Notes: generated from the sequence alone by a model not told the origin. Shown: positions 35,659-48,700, counted from the whole stretch's first letter. The stretch: 58,710 bases of DNA, filler included, from Diploschistes diacapsis (GCA_023645945.1; 6 parts of 6 records of this genome joined end to end with filler, not necessarily neighbours in it); one strand, 5' to 3'. Made by a program: numbers and translations.

Positions 35659-36996
35659 ATGCTTAATCTCATCGTCCTCGGTCTGTTGGTGTCGTCCGTA
35701 AAGGGACAGGACTCGGTTTCTCCAGTACCCGGTGCATCTCGCTCGATCTTTTCTGAAGGAGTGCAATACAATGGATATGGGTATCATCAACCACATGGAG
35801 TGGCCGCGGTCTCCTACATCTACGGCGACCAAGGTACCTGGAGGCAGTACACTGGGCTCGAGAACATCTACGGGTATTACAATGTCCCTCAGAGCGAGAT
35901 GGATCAGCTCGTAGCTTATGCAAATGGCAACAATCCTGCAACTTGCGCGGATCCCAACGGTAATGTCCTCTTCAACCTTCCCTACGAGTCTTCTACAGCT
36001 TCCGGTACGTCATTTGAAGAACACAACGGACAAGGCGCCGGAGGAGCCACGATAGGCCAGCCATTCTCCCAGTTCTGGTTCGATGACAACTGGCTCGCAA
36101 GGTACATGTCGCAGGCTTATGGGGCCCCTCAACCGAGCGGATTGTTCGATGCAGCAACGAGATGGCAAATTCTCGTCCTCGACCCCAACGGCTGGCCGCA
36201 ACAGGGCGGATCTGCACCAGATCAGGACGCCCTGACGGGTCTGTACTATATCGCTACCGGTAACAGCGGCGCCGCCCTGAACATGTGGAACGGCATGCTC
36301 GGTCAGTCTGGCGCGGGCTATGATTCGAATAACCAACAGTACGGCTATTCAAGTCTCTCACAGGAATACTATCTGGGGTTGTTCAGGATCCTGACCGACA
36401 TGCTCATTGATGCGGGCATTGATGGCTCGGACCAAGCAAATTTGATTCAGCATTCCATCTCTCTGCGGTCCGCCATCATGAGCGAGCAACAGGTCAGCAA
36501 TGGCAACAGAATCGGGTGGCTTACAGGGCGCACAGACGCCTCGACCATCATCAATACCGAAACGACAAGCATCGCCGTTCTCGGTCTCTGTGCGAATGCG
36601 AAGATCTGCTACGAAGCTGGCCAGAGCCCGATGGACACACCTTCGGGCTACTTTTACCGTCCATATAATGTACTGTCGGCTGTCGTCGGCTTGTCGCCCG
36701 TGGGCTACATGGCATTTGGACCTTATGCAAACATCCCGACAGGCTCCTATACGGTCGATTTCTTCCTGAGAACGCCCACGCCTGGCAGCCTCACCGCCAC
36801 GTTGGATGTGCACGATGCGAACGATGACCAGGTATTAGGCTCCAACATCGTGAGCGGAGGACAATTCGCTGGTGGCAACCAATGGGGAAGGTACTCTGTA
36901 GTCTTCTCGGTTTCCAATCCCAGCAATTCGATGGAATTTCGAGTATACTGGGGAGGCCAAGAGAATCTTGACGTGTCGGCTATCCGCATTCGCTGA
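35659..36996 (+). CDS. Intronless secreted protein of unknown function (putative alpha/alpha-barrel plus C-terminal beta-sandwich)
   Basis: Uninterrupted ORF (from 35554); likely start MLNLIVLGLLVSSVKG|Q (signal peptide). Motifs FWFDDNWLA, DQDALTGLYY, EYYLGLF, INTETTSIAVLGL; C-terminal GYMAFGPYANIPTGSYTVDF...MEFRVYW. Confidence 0.8.
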   Translation: MLNLIVLGLLVSSVKGQDSVSPVPGASRSIFSEGVQYNGYGYHQPHGVAAVSYIYGDQGTWRQYTGLENIYGYYNVPQSEMDQLVAYANGNNPATCADPNGNVLFNLPYESSTASGTSFEEHNGQGAGGATIGQPFSQFWFDDNWLARYMSQAYGAPQPSGLFDAATRWQILVLDPNGWPQQGGSAPDQDALTGLYYIATGNSGAALNMWNGMLGQSGAGYDSNNQQYGYSSLSQEYYLGLFRILTDMLIDAGIDGSDQANLIQHSISLRSAIMSEQQVSNGNRIGWLTGRTDASTIINTETTSIAVLGLCANAKICYEAGQSPMDTPSGYFYRPYNVLSAVVGLSPVGYMAFGPYANIPTGSYTVDFFLRTPTPGSLTATLDVHDANDDQVLGSNIVSGGQFAGGNQWGRYSVVFSVSNPSNSMEFRVYWGGQENLDVSAIRIR

Positions 36997-38213
36997 TATA
37001 ACACTTCCTTGTAACATACATGCATGTCACACTAACTAGAATTTCTTGTATATACAAATAGGATTTCGAATTAGAAACAGATTTACAACTCATTCGGTCT
37101 TGAAATACCGGCCGTTTTTTCGACGACAACGTATATATACGCTGTTTCCAAGCCCCTACAAACGGCTTGGCAGCCGAAAACGAAATAGCCATATCGTAAT
37201 GTTGGTGAGGAATGATAAATCGCGTTATCTGGCCCAAGCATGACCTGGTATTCCAGCGCTGCTTGCTCTACGATAAGCACACTGCGCTTTGCGGGGCAGG
37301 CGTGGCGTCCGCTGAAATGCCTATATAGTGAATCTCGCTATCAAGTAGATACTCTATGCGCTGTAGGCTAACGATGTGGAAGCCCCGGATCTACGAACCT
37401 GCGCAGCCAGGTGCGTGCCCCAACACACATCGCTGCTCGATTAAACTGATCAACGACCCTGCTCTAAATGCACTATTTTACTCAAGTTTTTTTGTTCCAT
37501 GATGGACAGGGCAGTGATGATCGGTGCCATCACCATCAACGCCTATCTATCGGGTTATACCCCCCGTCCGAAAATTCAAAGCTTTCCCGGTCTTACAGTT
37601 TCGATTATATCACGTTTAGTACTCTTAGTGTATCATTGTGGACTAGCTGATTTGGGGAGTGAAGATGAAGCAGAAGCACATGTGCAAGCTTATCACGGCC
37701 AAAAGCAATCACCACCAATCTTCACTCAGGCTACCATGTCTCTACTGCCTTGCCATGGGGCAGCTAAGGCTTCACCCAAGCTCTCAGTTGGAGTTCGAAA
37801 AAGAAAAGAGAAACATGCAGGCGCGTGGAGAGTCTCCCGACATCCATGAACGCTGGGTGGCCACACTGGCTTTTGACGTTGCAATGTGGCGGTAGCCAAG
37901 CGACTCTCAATTTGATAGTCTCAAGTTCTCAAGCTCACCTCACGCAGGTTACAAGGCTGCGACATGGAAGTCGATCTGGGGCCATCTCTTGCCGCCTGGT
38001 GTTCGCGATGATCCTAAGAGATGAATCGGGTATGATTTCTTTTTGGCCCCTGGGTGGGATAGCAGTTGGGCGCAGGTTGTTATCCATATCCACCGGAGCC
38101 TTTGAGTTTCTCAGATACCTTTATTGTTGCGGCTCTATCAGTGTCAGATTTGGGCGCTCGCAATCCAGGGATCAGTTTTCACACTGGTGAGACATCTGCA
38201 ACCCAAAATGACA

Positions 38214-39110
38214 ATGGATCTCTTGAGCTTTCCAGCGCTGTCACCTCCTCCGTGAGTAACACCAAATTTTGTTGATCCCCTATTCAGCAGCACCACCTGT
38301 TGTCGCAGCCATGGGGGGTTCTGTGTGCATTGCCTACCGTGGGGTTCGCGGCTCGCATCTTCACCAAAGCCTATGTGATGAAAGAAGTTCAGACTGAAGA
38401 TTGTATGTTGCTCGGCCCTTGGACTATAGCAACAACTGACTGGGTACAGACTTATTGATCTTGGGCTGGGTAAGGTCTCTCATCTTTTTTCAATTTCGGA
38501 AAAGGCCAAACACGAGCTCGAGGCACAAAAGGTTCCAAAGCACCTCCATGCTGACCGCTGTTGATAGAGCTTCTTCGCCGTCTACATGTCGTTTTCTTTC
38601 GCCCAAATTTCCCTTTAGCGCTGGTCGGCATCAATGGGATTCCAGTGTATCTAAGATGGAGATCTTCCTTCGTGTACGTTGAGCATTCTTAGGCCCACAT
38701 ACCTGGCTGATAACTCAGGCAGTTGCTCAATTATTCGGAGATGTTCTACGGCTTCTGCATGCTCTTCACTAAGCTCGCCATCCTCTTCCAGAATAAGCGT
38801 ATCTTCACCACGCGCGCCACTCGCAACTCCGTCTGGTGGCTCATTATCCTTTTGATGGTACTTGACACGCTGTACTACATTGCGGCCATTATCGTCGAAA
38901 TCGCACAGTGCACGCTAAGAGAAATGATCTGGAACCCTCTTGTTGAGGGAACCTGCATCAACAACAACGCCAATGTTGTCGCGGCCGGCGGCTTCAACTT
39001 TGGGTCAGATATCATTATCTTTCTGCTCCCCATCTACGCCATTCTGCGCCTGAAAATGACGCTGAAGCGCAAGCTCGGCATGTGCGCCGTCTTCGCAACA
39101 GGGCTCCTGT
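38214..39110 (+). pseudogene. Second PTH11-like membrane protein, disrupted and truncated by the contig end
   Basis: PALSPPP*VTPNFVDP (TGA at 38253-38255 where Gly is expected), ARIFTKAYV..ED, AGRHQWD, FTKLAILFQNKRIF, FNFGSDIIIFLLPIYAILRLKM..KRKLG; +1 indels in homopolymers at about 38280, 38317 and 38610. Confidence 0.72.
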
Positions 39111-39148
39111 AAGCCCCATCCCCCACTTAGTCCATCCCATCCCAATCC

Positions 39149-39248
39149 NNNNNNNNNNNNNNNNNNNNNNNNNNNNNNNNNNNNNNNNNNNNTTAATTAA
39201 TTAANNNNNNNNNNNNNNNNNNNNNNNNNNNNNNNNNNNNNNNNNNNN
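39149..39248. other. Artificial contig spacer
   Basis: 100-nt N block with TTAATTAATTAA. Confidence 0.98.
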
Positions 39249-39912
39249 AAAGAATATATTATGATTATATTTAATTTAATTAACGTTTTAGCTTATTTAA
39301 GATTTATATAAAGATGGTCATCGAATAAGCTAGGAAAGGACAGCGCTATTAGGATTCGTTGTTAAGCTTTACCTGTGGTCTCCAGTGGAGTTCTGCGGCG
39401 AATGCCCCATCACTTGTATATACGCGCATGGACATATTCTGAGTTTCTATACTACACAGCAGACAGCGCTTTCCCGTGGTAGAAGGTACTGATAGATGGG
39501 GCTGAGATCTAAAATAAGAATAGCAAAAGTGTCTGTCTTGGCAATTGGCTAACGGTCCGCTGTCTGGCCCCCAATGTACTCTCATTTTTGTTTTTTGTGC
39601 CCCCTGCTGTTCTTTGATAGAGCTTGAGATACAGCCCAGTGAACACGTACTGTCCCCCTCCTTCCTTGACTATTCTATCCTTTGAGAAAAGGCCGACCTC
39701 GAGACTGCAAACCTTCGCAAACCTTGGTATACAACTATTCGTCTTATTTCCCGGGAAGCTATTGCGCACATGGCTACAACCATCAACTAAGGATTCACCC
39801 TCTCAGCCTTATCTTCGACGTACTTGACTTTCCACTCCTGCTGTTTTGTGCTTCACTAGCCTGCACGGCTAGCACATCCGTCGCTGTGAAGCTCAGACGA
39901 CCGACCGTCAAC

Positions 39913-41147
39913 ATGGTGGCCATGCCTCCAGTCGCCGCCATTGCGCCCGCGCGTATGGTCGTCGCTCTTGTCGCCGCCTGCGTCACTCTGTTTCTCTTCT
40001 TCAACTTTGGTGGCGGCGTTCACCGGCCCGCGTTCGACTCGTCGACATGGCGAACAAGCTCACAAGTTTCAAACGATCCAGACAGTGCCAACGTCATGTC
40101 TGACATACAGAATTCTACTCTAGGGGTAAAGGTGGTCCCTGTCGCAGATACTATCAAACATGCTGACCTCGTAAAGTTCGAGAAGATCTTCGTCCTGAAC
40201 CTCCCCGAGCGAAGCGACAAGAGAGATGCCCTGAGTTTAGCCGCCTCGCTCACGAATATGACGGTAGATTATGTGGACGGGGTCAAAGGAGAAACTATTC
40301 TCAATAAATCACTGCCCTATAAACAAGAACATCGCGGTTTCTCCAACCCCACTCTTGGCTCTTGGAGGGCACATATGAACGCCATAAGAACGTACGAAGC
40401 TTCACCATCATCTCTGTCTGTGGCATGTCTAATATGTTTTCCAGGATTGTAGAGAAGGGCATATCCTCTGCGCTTATCATGGAAGATGACATAGACTGGG
40501 ATATTCATATAAAATCACAGCTCAACGACTTCGCTCACGGCTCTCGCTTCCTTCAAAACCAAACCATCGGCGACCAGACGCACTCACCTTATGGAGATGG
40601 CTGGGATGTTCTGTGGCTAGGCCACTGCCACGATGACCTTGACGAAGCCGATCAGAGGACTTACGTCATTCAAAACGATCCGACTGTGCCAGCTGTCGAT
40701 CAACTTTACATGAACAATCCCGAGTTTCTGCATCGATGGCCTGACCATAGCCGCATAGTACACGTCGTGGGCAAGCCTATCTGCACATTTGCCTACGCTC
40801 TCTCCTACAAAGGCGCGCAAAAGATCCTCTATGCTTTGAGTGTGAAAGAGCTCCGGGGCTTTTTCGATAATGCCCTCAGTTGGTGGTGTGCTGGGAAGGA
40901 CCAAAATGCAAGGTGTCTGGATGCCCATCCTGCCTACTTCTACCAACACAAGGCAATTGGCGGAGTAGGCAAGAACAGCGACAACAACCCCAATAGCGGA
41001 ACAGCACAGGAAAAGGCTGAGACGAAGAACATCAGATTCAGCACGCGATTCAACATGGAGCAGCTATTAGCCGGGAGAACAGATTATTTCGACTCATACC
41101 CACCCTTTCTGGAGATTCCTAGCAATCAAGGTGTTGTTCAATGGTAG
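39913..41147 (+). CDS. Glycosyltransferase family 25 protein (type II membrane), introns 40126-40176 and 40392-40444
   Basis: N-terminal TM; NSTLG|FEKIFVLNLPERSDKRDAL, GSWRAHMNAI, ALIMEDDIDWD, SPYGDGWDVLWLGHC, CTFAYALSYKGAQKIL. Confidence 0.88.
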
Positions 41148-41807
41148 TCACGAGTTTCCTAGGGACATCGATAATGGCATGGAGTTGGGCAATTGGTGTG
41201 CTAGGGACATGAATTACCTTGGGCATTAATATCGAGGCGGCCCGGTGCAATCGTAGGGTCAAAAGCGGCTATGATAAATCCTCGAGAGCAGGATCGGGCA
41301 GAGAGATAATGGCTTTGTACAGTTCCCCCTTTTCACAGTGTTATAATGTGATGATATTTTTATGTATGAGAAATGACTAGCGACGGCGGTTGCCTTCATG
41401 GCCCGTGGATGTATGATTCTACAGCCTTGTCTATGCGTATTTTGGATTGAGACTGTACTAGGAATAGAACATCGTGTAGACAGTCAGTAAGAACTTTCTA
41501 CAAATTAAGAAACAAAAGCAGATTCTTTGAACATGGGCTTCTTAGATCTGCAATGGGATCGAGCTCTTGTCAGCTACTATATAGTAGGGCTTGAGGGCCA
41601 CGAGCCGATGCAAGGGGTTTCTCTCGAGGAACTGGACGTCATAGCTATAGCTGCAGGTAACCCTAACGAACTCGGTTCCCGGGTTTTTGGTAGACTGTGT
41701 TCGTTTACTGTCAGTAGTAGCACGACACATCTCGTATCTGTATAAACAAGCTCATGTCAATCAGCATGCTGTTTTAGAATCCTCTCTGAGCGGCTAGCCG
41801 CATTATA

Positions 41808-44800
41808 ATGGCAGACCTTCGGCCAACAGAAGGGTAAGTGTTATAGCAGGCTCGATGTACTTATTCACGGGTTAATTTATCTGATGCAAAAACATTTCTG
41901 ACGATGAGCTTCTTTTGCAGACACAAGCGTTCCGCTTCATCGTTGGCGAAATCCTTGCTCTATCGAGACAAACCTGAAGGAGAGGGCAGTGATGACAAAG
42001 ATCTCCCATTCTCCGAAAATGGATCAACTACCTCACTTGATGGCCCAAGCGCTCCGCGAGGGCACTTTCAGGACGGAGGCGATCTCAAGCCGAGCTCTTT
42101 CACCTCGGGTTACAGTATCGAACAGTCCGTGAGAGCCTTCAAGATATTTGAGCTTCTCCGTAGCAGTAACAGCGAGGCCATCGCCAGGGCAATTAAAGAA
42201 GCCAGGACTTTACAGGGAACTACGGTGCTGCATCTCGCAATACAATGTGCGGATCCAGCGGTAGTAGTGCAGGTGTTGTCCAGCAGCTCCAAGCCGGACA
42301 TTGACGGCCAGGACAAAGACGGCAATACCCCGATGCACTTAGCTTCAATGCTGGGAAGAGCTTCGCTTGTGAAGGTATTGTTGGATCATGGGGCCGATAC
42401 CATGACCATCAACTATCAGGGTAAACCTGCACTCGACCTCGCCAGGACTCCAGAGATCTTTCAGTTGCTGCAGCTTGACAGAGCCATGTTCACGGAAAGC
42501 CAGATCGCAAAGATACACGGTCTAGTCGCTCATGGTGACTATGACGGACTTGAAAATCTGCTCGAAGATTCAAGAGTCTCGTCAACAATAGACGTCAATG
42601 CAATGGAGCTCGCGTCTGATCCGAGTACTCTTGAGAGTGGCGGTACGCTCCTGCATGAAGCTGCTCGGAAAAAAGACCACAAGCTCATTCAACTTCTATT
42701 GCTCAACGGTGCTGATCCTTTCCGTCGAGACAAAAAGGGTAGATTGCCCAAGGACGTAACCAAGGATGATAGGACAAAAGTGATTCTGAAGAAGTCGCCT
42801 GCTGCGACCGCAGCACAACGTGGGATACAAGAGAAAGCAATCCTGGGGAGCTTCGCTGGTGACCGAACGATGGGTAAGGACAGTCGAGAGATTAAAGGCT
42901 ACCTGAAGAAGTGGACAAATTATACTAGTGGCTACAAGCTACGTTGGTTCGTACTGGAGGATGGAGTTCTCAGCTACTATAAGCATCAAGGTAAGTCAAC
43001 CCCTGTGAACCCATTTAATCATGGAATAATAGAATCGCAGACGATGCGGGCTCAGCTTGCAGGGGTGCAATGAATATGAAGATTGCGAAGCTCTCCATGG
43101 ACGCTGGAGACAAGACCAGATTTGAGATTATCGGAAAGTCGTCCATCAAGTATCATCTCAAAGCAAACCATGAAGTCGAAGCGAAGCGCTGGTTCTGGGC
43201 CCTGAACAACGCAATCCAATTCGCCAAAGATGAGGCCCGCCAAGAGCAACAGAGATTGTCGAAGGAGGCAGAAGCTGCTAGGCAAGCCATATCCGAACAT
43301 AGGGCCAGGGACAGTACTTCAGATCTGCATAAAACACCGAGCGCCACAGGCGAGACGAGGCTTGGAGATAAAATTCTTGTCTCGGGCACCCCTATCGGGA
43401 TTCCCGCAAGCAACGCCTCCAGAACTTCTTTCCAGCCCTCTGTGCAAGCTAGTAGCGTTGCAGGCGACGATGTAGGCTCTGCATTTGGATCGTACGGAGC
43501 AAGCGTAGCTGCAAACAATGATATTGCCAAAGTAACTATAGCCACACCTACTATTCCTGGTGATATGGATGAAGATGAAGATTATGGCGATGATGCAAGC
43601 AGTCATGAGCTGCGTCCTGCGCCAAAAGACGCCTTCGCCATCACTGCAAATTCTGCCGATCTTCAGTTGGATATTCTCTATCAAGTTTCAGAGGCCCTTC
43701 GAGATCAAGCCGCAAACAAGCCAGAAACTGCACTAGGGGAACCAACTGTTGAGCAAGCAATATCGACATACCTATCTGCAGTTCAGAGTCTGAAGAGCAT
43801 GGTGGGGAACTTGCAGAGAATATCAAAGGATAGAGATGCTTATTGGCAATATCGTCTCGACCGTGAAGGAGACATGCGACGAATGTGGGAGGAAAGCATG
43901 GCAAAGGTTGTGCGGGAGCAAGAGGAACTGGAAGGCCGAATAGGGGAATCGGAAGAGAAACGAAAGCGCACAAAGAAAGCTTTGCGAGAGGCGCTCGAGG
44001 ATGCTGAATTTCAGGGGCGACCTGGAAATGCTCATATCCTCAGCCCGACGCAGCACGAGAAGCCGCAAGAGGTCAAAGAGGATGAGATCAGCGAGTTGCC
44101 TGCTCCGAGGGTCCAGAGGCGAGTCTCGAAAGCGGCTTCCGGAATAAGGCGCAGATCTACGATAGCTACCATGACAGATCTTTCAGATTCCGACTCTGAC
44201 CTGGATGAAGAATTCTTTGACGCTGTAGGAGCCGGTGAAGTACCGGTAACGACGATGCCACTATCTCCACCACCCACAGAACCAACCCCGGTGCCAGAAA
44301 AGAAAGAGCCTGAGGCTGAGAAGGAGCGCATTGCAGTCACTGACCCCTCTTCTGCTTTTGCGGGATACGAAGACCCAATACGAAAGCGTTTAAATATGGA
44401 TGCAGACGACCGGCCGAAGATCTCCCTTTGGGTAGGTAATCAACCCGAAGCTCAAAGATGTTACTGAAACATATGGCCAGGGCATCCTCAAATCCATGAT
44501 AGGTAAGGACATGACAAAGATGACTCTACCTGTGTCATTCAATGAGCCCACCTCTCTTCTTCAGCGTGTTGCCGAAGATATGGAGTATACAGATTTGCTC
44601 GATACCGCAGCTGATCGACCAGAGTCGAGCGAGCGCATGGTATACGTCGCAGCTTTTGCTGCAAGTGAGTATGCATCTACGATAGGACGTGTAGCAAAAC
44701 CCTTCAATCCCTTGCTCGGCGAGACCTATGAGTACGCCCGGCCAGACAAGGGCTATCGGTTCTTTGTCGAGCAAGTGAGCCATCATCCACCCGTAGGCGC

Positions 44801-45705
44801 TGCTTGGGCGGAGTCCTCAAGATGGGATTACTATGTAAGCTACATCCCCCGTTTCAGCCCACTTCTGGTATTGAAAGCCCCTGCAGGGCGAGTCGGCGGT
44901 CAAGTCGAAGTTCTACGGCAAGTCCTTTGACATCAACCCTCTGGGCACCTGGTTCCTTAAACTGCGCCCCTCCGCCGGTGGGCCCGAAGAACTCTACACT
45001 TGGAAGAAGGTCACTACGTCGGTGATCGGCATCATTACCGGCTCACCGACGGTGGACAACTACGGTCCCATGGAGATCAAGAATTGGACAACTGGCGAGA
45101 CTTGCAGCCTCAACTTCAAGCCTCGCGGGTGGAAGGCGTCATCAGCATACCAAGTCTCTGGGAAGGTGTGCAGCGCCGATGGCACGACAAGATGGAGCAT
45201 CGGTGGGCGCTGGAACGACAAGATCTTCGCGCGCCTAACGCCGGGCTACGAAGATCCATCGGGAAAGCTTGAGTCGGCGGACACTACTTTGAAGAAGCAT
45301 GAACCCGGCTCCGACCGTGCATTCCTGGTGTGGCAGGCCCATGAGCGCCCAAAGGGGATACCATTCAACCTTACACCCTTTGTGGTCACACTCAACGCGA
45401 TTCCGGATGGACTAAGGCCGCATCTTCCGCCCACAGATACCCGCCTAAGGCCGGACCAGCGGGCCATGGAAGACGGCGAGTATGATTTCGCGGCGACGGA
45501 AAAGAACCGCGTGGAGGAAAAACAGCGGGCAAAGAGGCGCGCGAAGGAGGCGGCGGGAACGGTGCACGAGCCCAGGTGGTTCACGAAGGAGGTATGCAAG
45601 ATCACGGGAGAGGAGTACTGGGCTACGGATGGAGCATATTGGAGGACAAGGCAACGCGTGGGGAACGGGGAAGGGGGCTGGGAAGGGGTTGATGATATCT
45701 TTTGA
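41808..45705 (+). CDS. Oxysterol-binding protein, Osh1/Osh2 type (ankyrin-PH-FFAT-ORD), 5 exons
   Basis: Ankyrin repeats ([24 protein letters not shown]), PH domain ([21 protein letters not shown]), FFAT (EEFFDA), OSBP signature [23 protein letters not shown]. Confidence 0.95.
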
Positions 45706-48700
45706 TTTCCACTGGGCTGGTTCGCGGAGCTAAGCGTAGGCTTTGGAGAGGTCAGAAATGCTGGATGCTAGATATCTTGCTTGTCACATGAGGTCATGCA
45801 GAGACTAGGAGAGCTGGTTGGAAGCTTCCATAATGGCTCTTGGGTTCGGGGTATGGGAGGTGTAGCGGACCATGCGCGTCGAGGATCATTAACTGGGCCA
45901 GCCTGCTCAAGAAGACTTCCAATTTGAGATGGATCCATCCCACATTCAAAGCAAAACATCTAAGCTGTACCTCGAGGACAGTAAATTGCTCAAACATCTC
46001 TGCACCGCGCTTTGGGGTCAATAATGTTCACTCATGCTGTGAGCCTCTGAATGGACTTCTTCTAGTCTCAGAGCAAAGACAAGATATATTTGAGTATAGC
46101 ACTTTGTCTCCTCGTTAGCTATAAGCACAGCTAACTGTATGAACAGAGATCCGGCTTATATGATCTCTGTAACCGGTTTGCTACGATGGGGGTAGACCAA
46201 TAGCCAGCACTACTCATGTTGTAGTGAATTTCTTCTCATAGTACTTCTTTACAACTCAGCCGGAGCTCAAGCTTGCCGAAACAAAAACTCGGGGTTGGCC
46301 AGTCTATCCAAGGTACATGAATTTCATCTGTCCTTTCCTCTGAGCTTCGCCTTCAGCACACGATCTGATTGTGATATATATCTGCTTCATTGCGTCAATG
46401 GCCCCCACAGCAGCGCTTGGAGACGGGTTTCGTCCTTGATAGCTATTATGTCTGGGCTATGTGATGGTGTCCGGAGAGCCTGAGGCAATACAGATTGCTC
46501 AGTTACCTCAACACTTGGCATCTTAACATCGCGATCCCAGTGTGTGCAGTGTTGCTTCGGTCTTCACGCTACACCCATCATGTACCGTCACAGTCAATGT
46601 CTTAGTGGTGATTTCCCCATAGACTCGTCCCGAAAGAGGTTCCTGCTTACCGTTGGGGGATGTTCTTAAGGTCTCTGGTACTTCGGCCTAGCTACAGACG
46701 ATGGAGCCTGGTGGTTACCCCAGGTTCAGGATATGAGGGTCTTTACCTTCATCGTGGGATGTACTTAGATATGGATCTCCTGTTTAATATTCTTGGACAT
46801 CAAGTTCAACGTTATCAGGAGTCTTCAGTTCGTCACCTTGTTCATCATGATGAGCGCCAGTATATCCAGGCAGTCTCGAACGAACCTTCACGAGCCTCAT
46901 AACAACGAATGATTCTTTACCCTTTGCAATAAGATGGAGTTATGATTGGCTTCGTCCTGCGGCCGCAGAGTTGGCTCAGAGAAGCTGGGTTGGACGACTG
47001 CAATCTGCAAGTAATAGGTTAGAAGTATAACATGCTTTTCTCGATTTTTTCGGAGTAGTTATTTCTAATGGAACTGACTCACTCGATCTGTCTCCTGAAA
47101 TTTTCAGTTCACAGTCTCATTTCTCGGTTCTTAAATAGCTTGCATTGCATAATCTGGGTATACTAGGACCGGCTCTAGGTCTTTTTGTAGGACTGGTGAT
47201 TCACGAATCGAGTGATGTGCCGTCTACGTAAAGAGAGGGCACACAAACCAAGTCCGCTACCTAACTGTTTGCTGCATTTCTGCCGAAGAAGTTTCACCCT
47301 TGACAGATAATGATTGTCGAGGTCTGCATGCTTGGAGTGGGGATAAGGTCTGGAAGCCATACCTGAGGCGCCCTCTGGTCTCAGGCCTCTAGTGAATGGA
47401 CTGGAGCAGATCTGTTCCTAGAACACATACACTCCTGCTCTACTAGCGTAGGGTCAAGAGCGAATACACCCCTCGCGCTTACTGTCTGTGAAGTCTGGTT
47501 GGCCGATGAGAAGCTCGTTGACGGTCAAGCAGACCTTGCCCTAGACCAACGTCTTCATATAACCGATCAAAACCGGATAATTCAGATGATGCTCCCCCCC
47601 TGGAGGATATAGGCAAGGGTGGCATCGGTCCGGCTCCGCTTTCACCAGAGCCATTTCCTTACCCAACGCTCACATCGCCTACCGCCGCCAGTTTCGGATA
47701 CGACTCTTACTGGTATCATCAGGTTCAGGGTAGTGCTTTCACTGAGCTGAGCTACTGCGGCAATATGTGAGAATGGTACTCGACCGCAGTGTGGGCGGAA
47801 AGGCTTGCTTATCCAAACAGGGACAGCTCGCTACTCGGTCGATATGGTAAATCTTGCATTCATCTGCAGTTACTCATCGAAGCCAAGGAGGGCTCTGTGA
47901 AGTCTCATCCGAGACACCACGGCATCCTCGCATGCCCGGGTAGTCGCATCAACACTCACGCCGAAAAAGGCAGAAAAAGTCTTGACAAGTCCTTCCATGC
48001 TCCAGGGATTCTAGGCACAGAGAAGAAGTCATGTCAGGGCCCAGCAGCAGATGAGGCAGGCTCGGATTGATCTGACATTTCCGTCGGTCTAGGTTGTCCA
48101 TTTCATCTATCCCGAGTACGGAGTCAAGATCACCCTCCCAGATACATCCCAAGACTTGTACCACCACATAATACATGCGCATTAGCAGGCCTGGCTTGCA
48201 CGTCGCGAAACATAGGTGCTCAAGATTCACAGGGCATGTGTTTTACCGCCTCGGGTAATCACGATCCAGCACTCGATGCACAACGCATTAGTACCCGAAT
48301 CCGACACCATCTTCGAACAAGCACGCTGCTCTCCACGTGCTCTCCGCGCCAAAAAGCAGTCCCAAAGCCGAGCCAGTGTAGAGCGCCGCAATGCTCAACC
48401 CTTACCGTCCTATCCTAGCCGCAATCTTATTCAAAGCCTCTCCTTGATCCATACTCCTAATCAAGATGTGTGCCATGCCATCCGCTTTTTCCGGCATATG
48501 AGAGACAATACAAGCTCCGATTTCTGACTTGCCGGATATCGATTTTCTAAAGCATAATGTTAATTCCACTCTTGAATGCCAGAACGCAGATACCTCCATC
48601 CTCGCTTAGTACTCAAATGCCGTCCCAACCAGAGAGCAGCCAGTCCCCACCAACCGCCCAACGGAGTGATGAGCGGGCGAACGGGACAGGTGCCGGTCAA

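Noticed and set aside
38253..38255. Stop readthrough, selenocysteine or A-to-I editing at the in-frame TGA
   Set aside because: The expected residue is Gly (editing would give Trp), and additional frameshifts follow.
46295..48600. Possible pseudogene fragments downstream of the OSH gene
   Set aside because: Only short broken frames; no diagnostic motifs.
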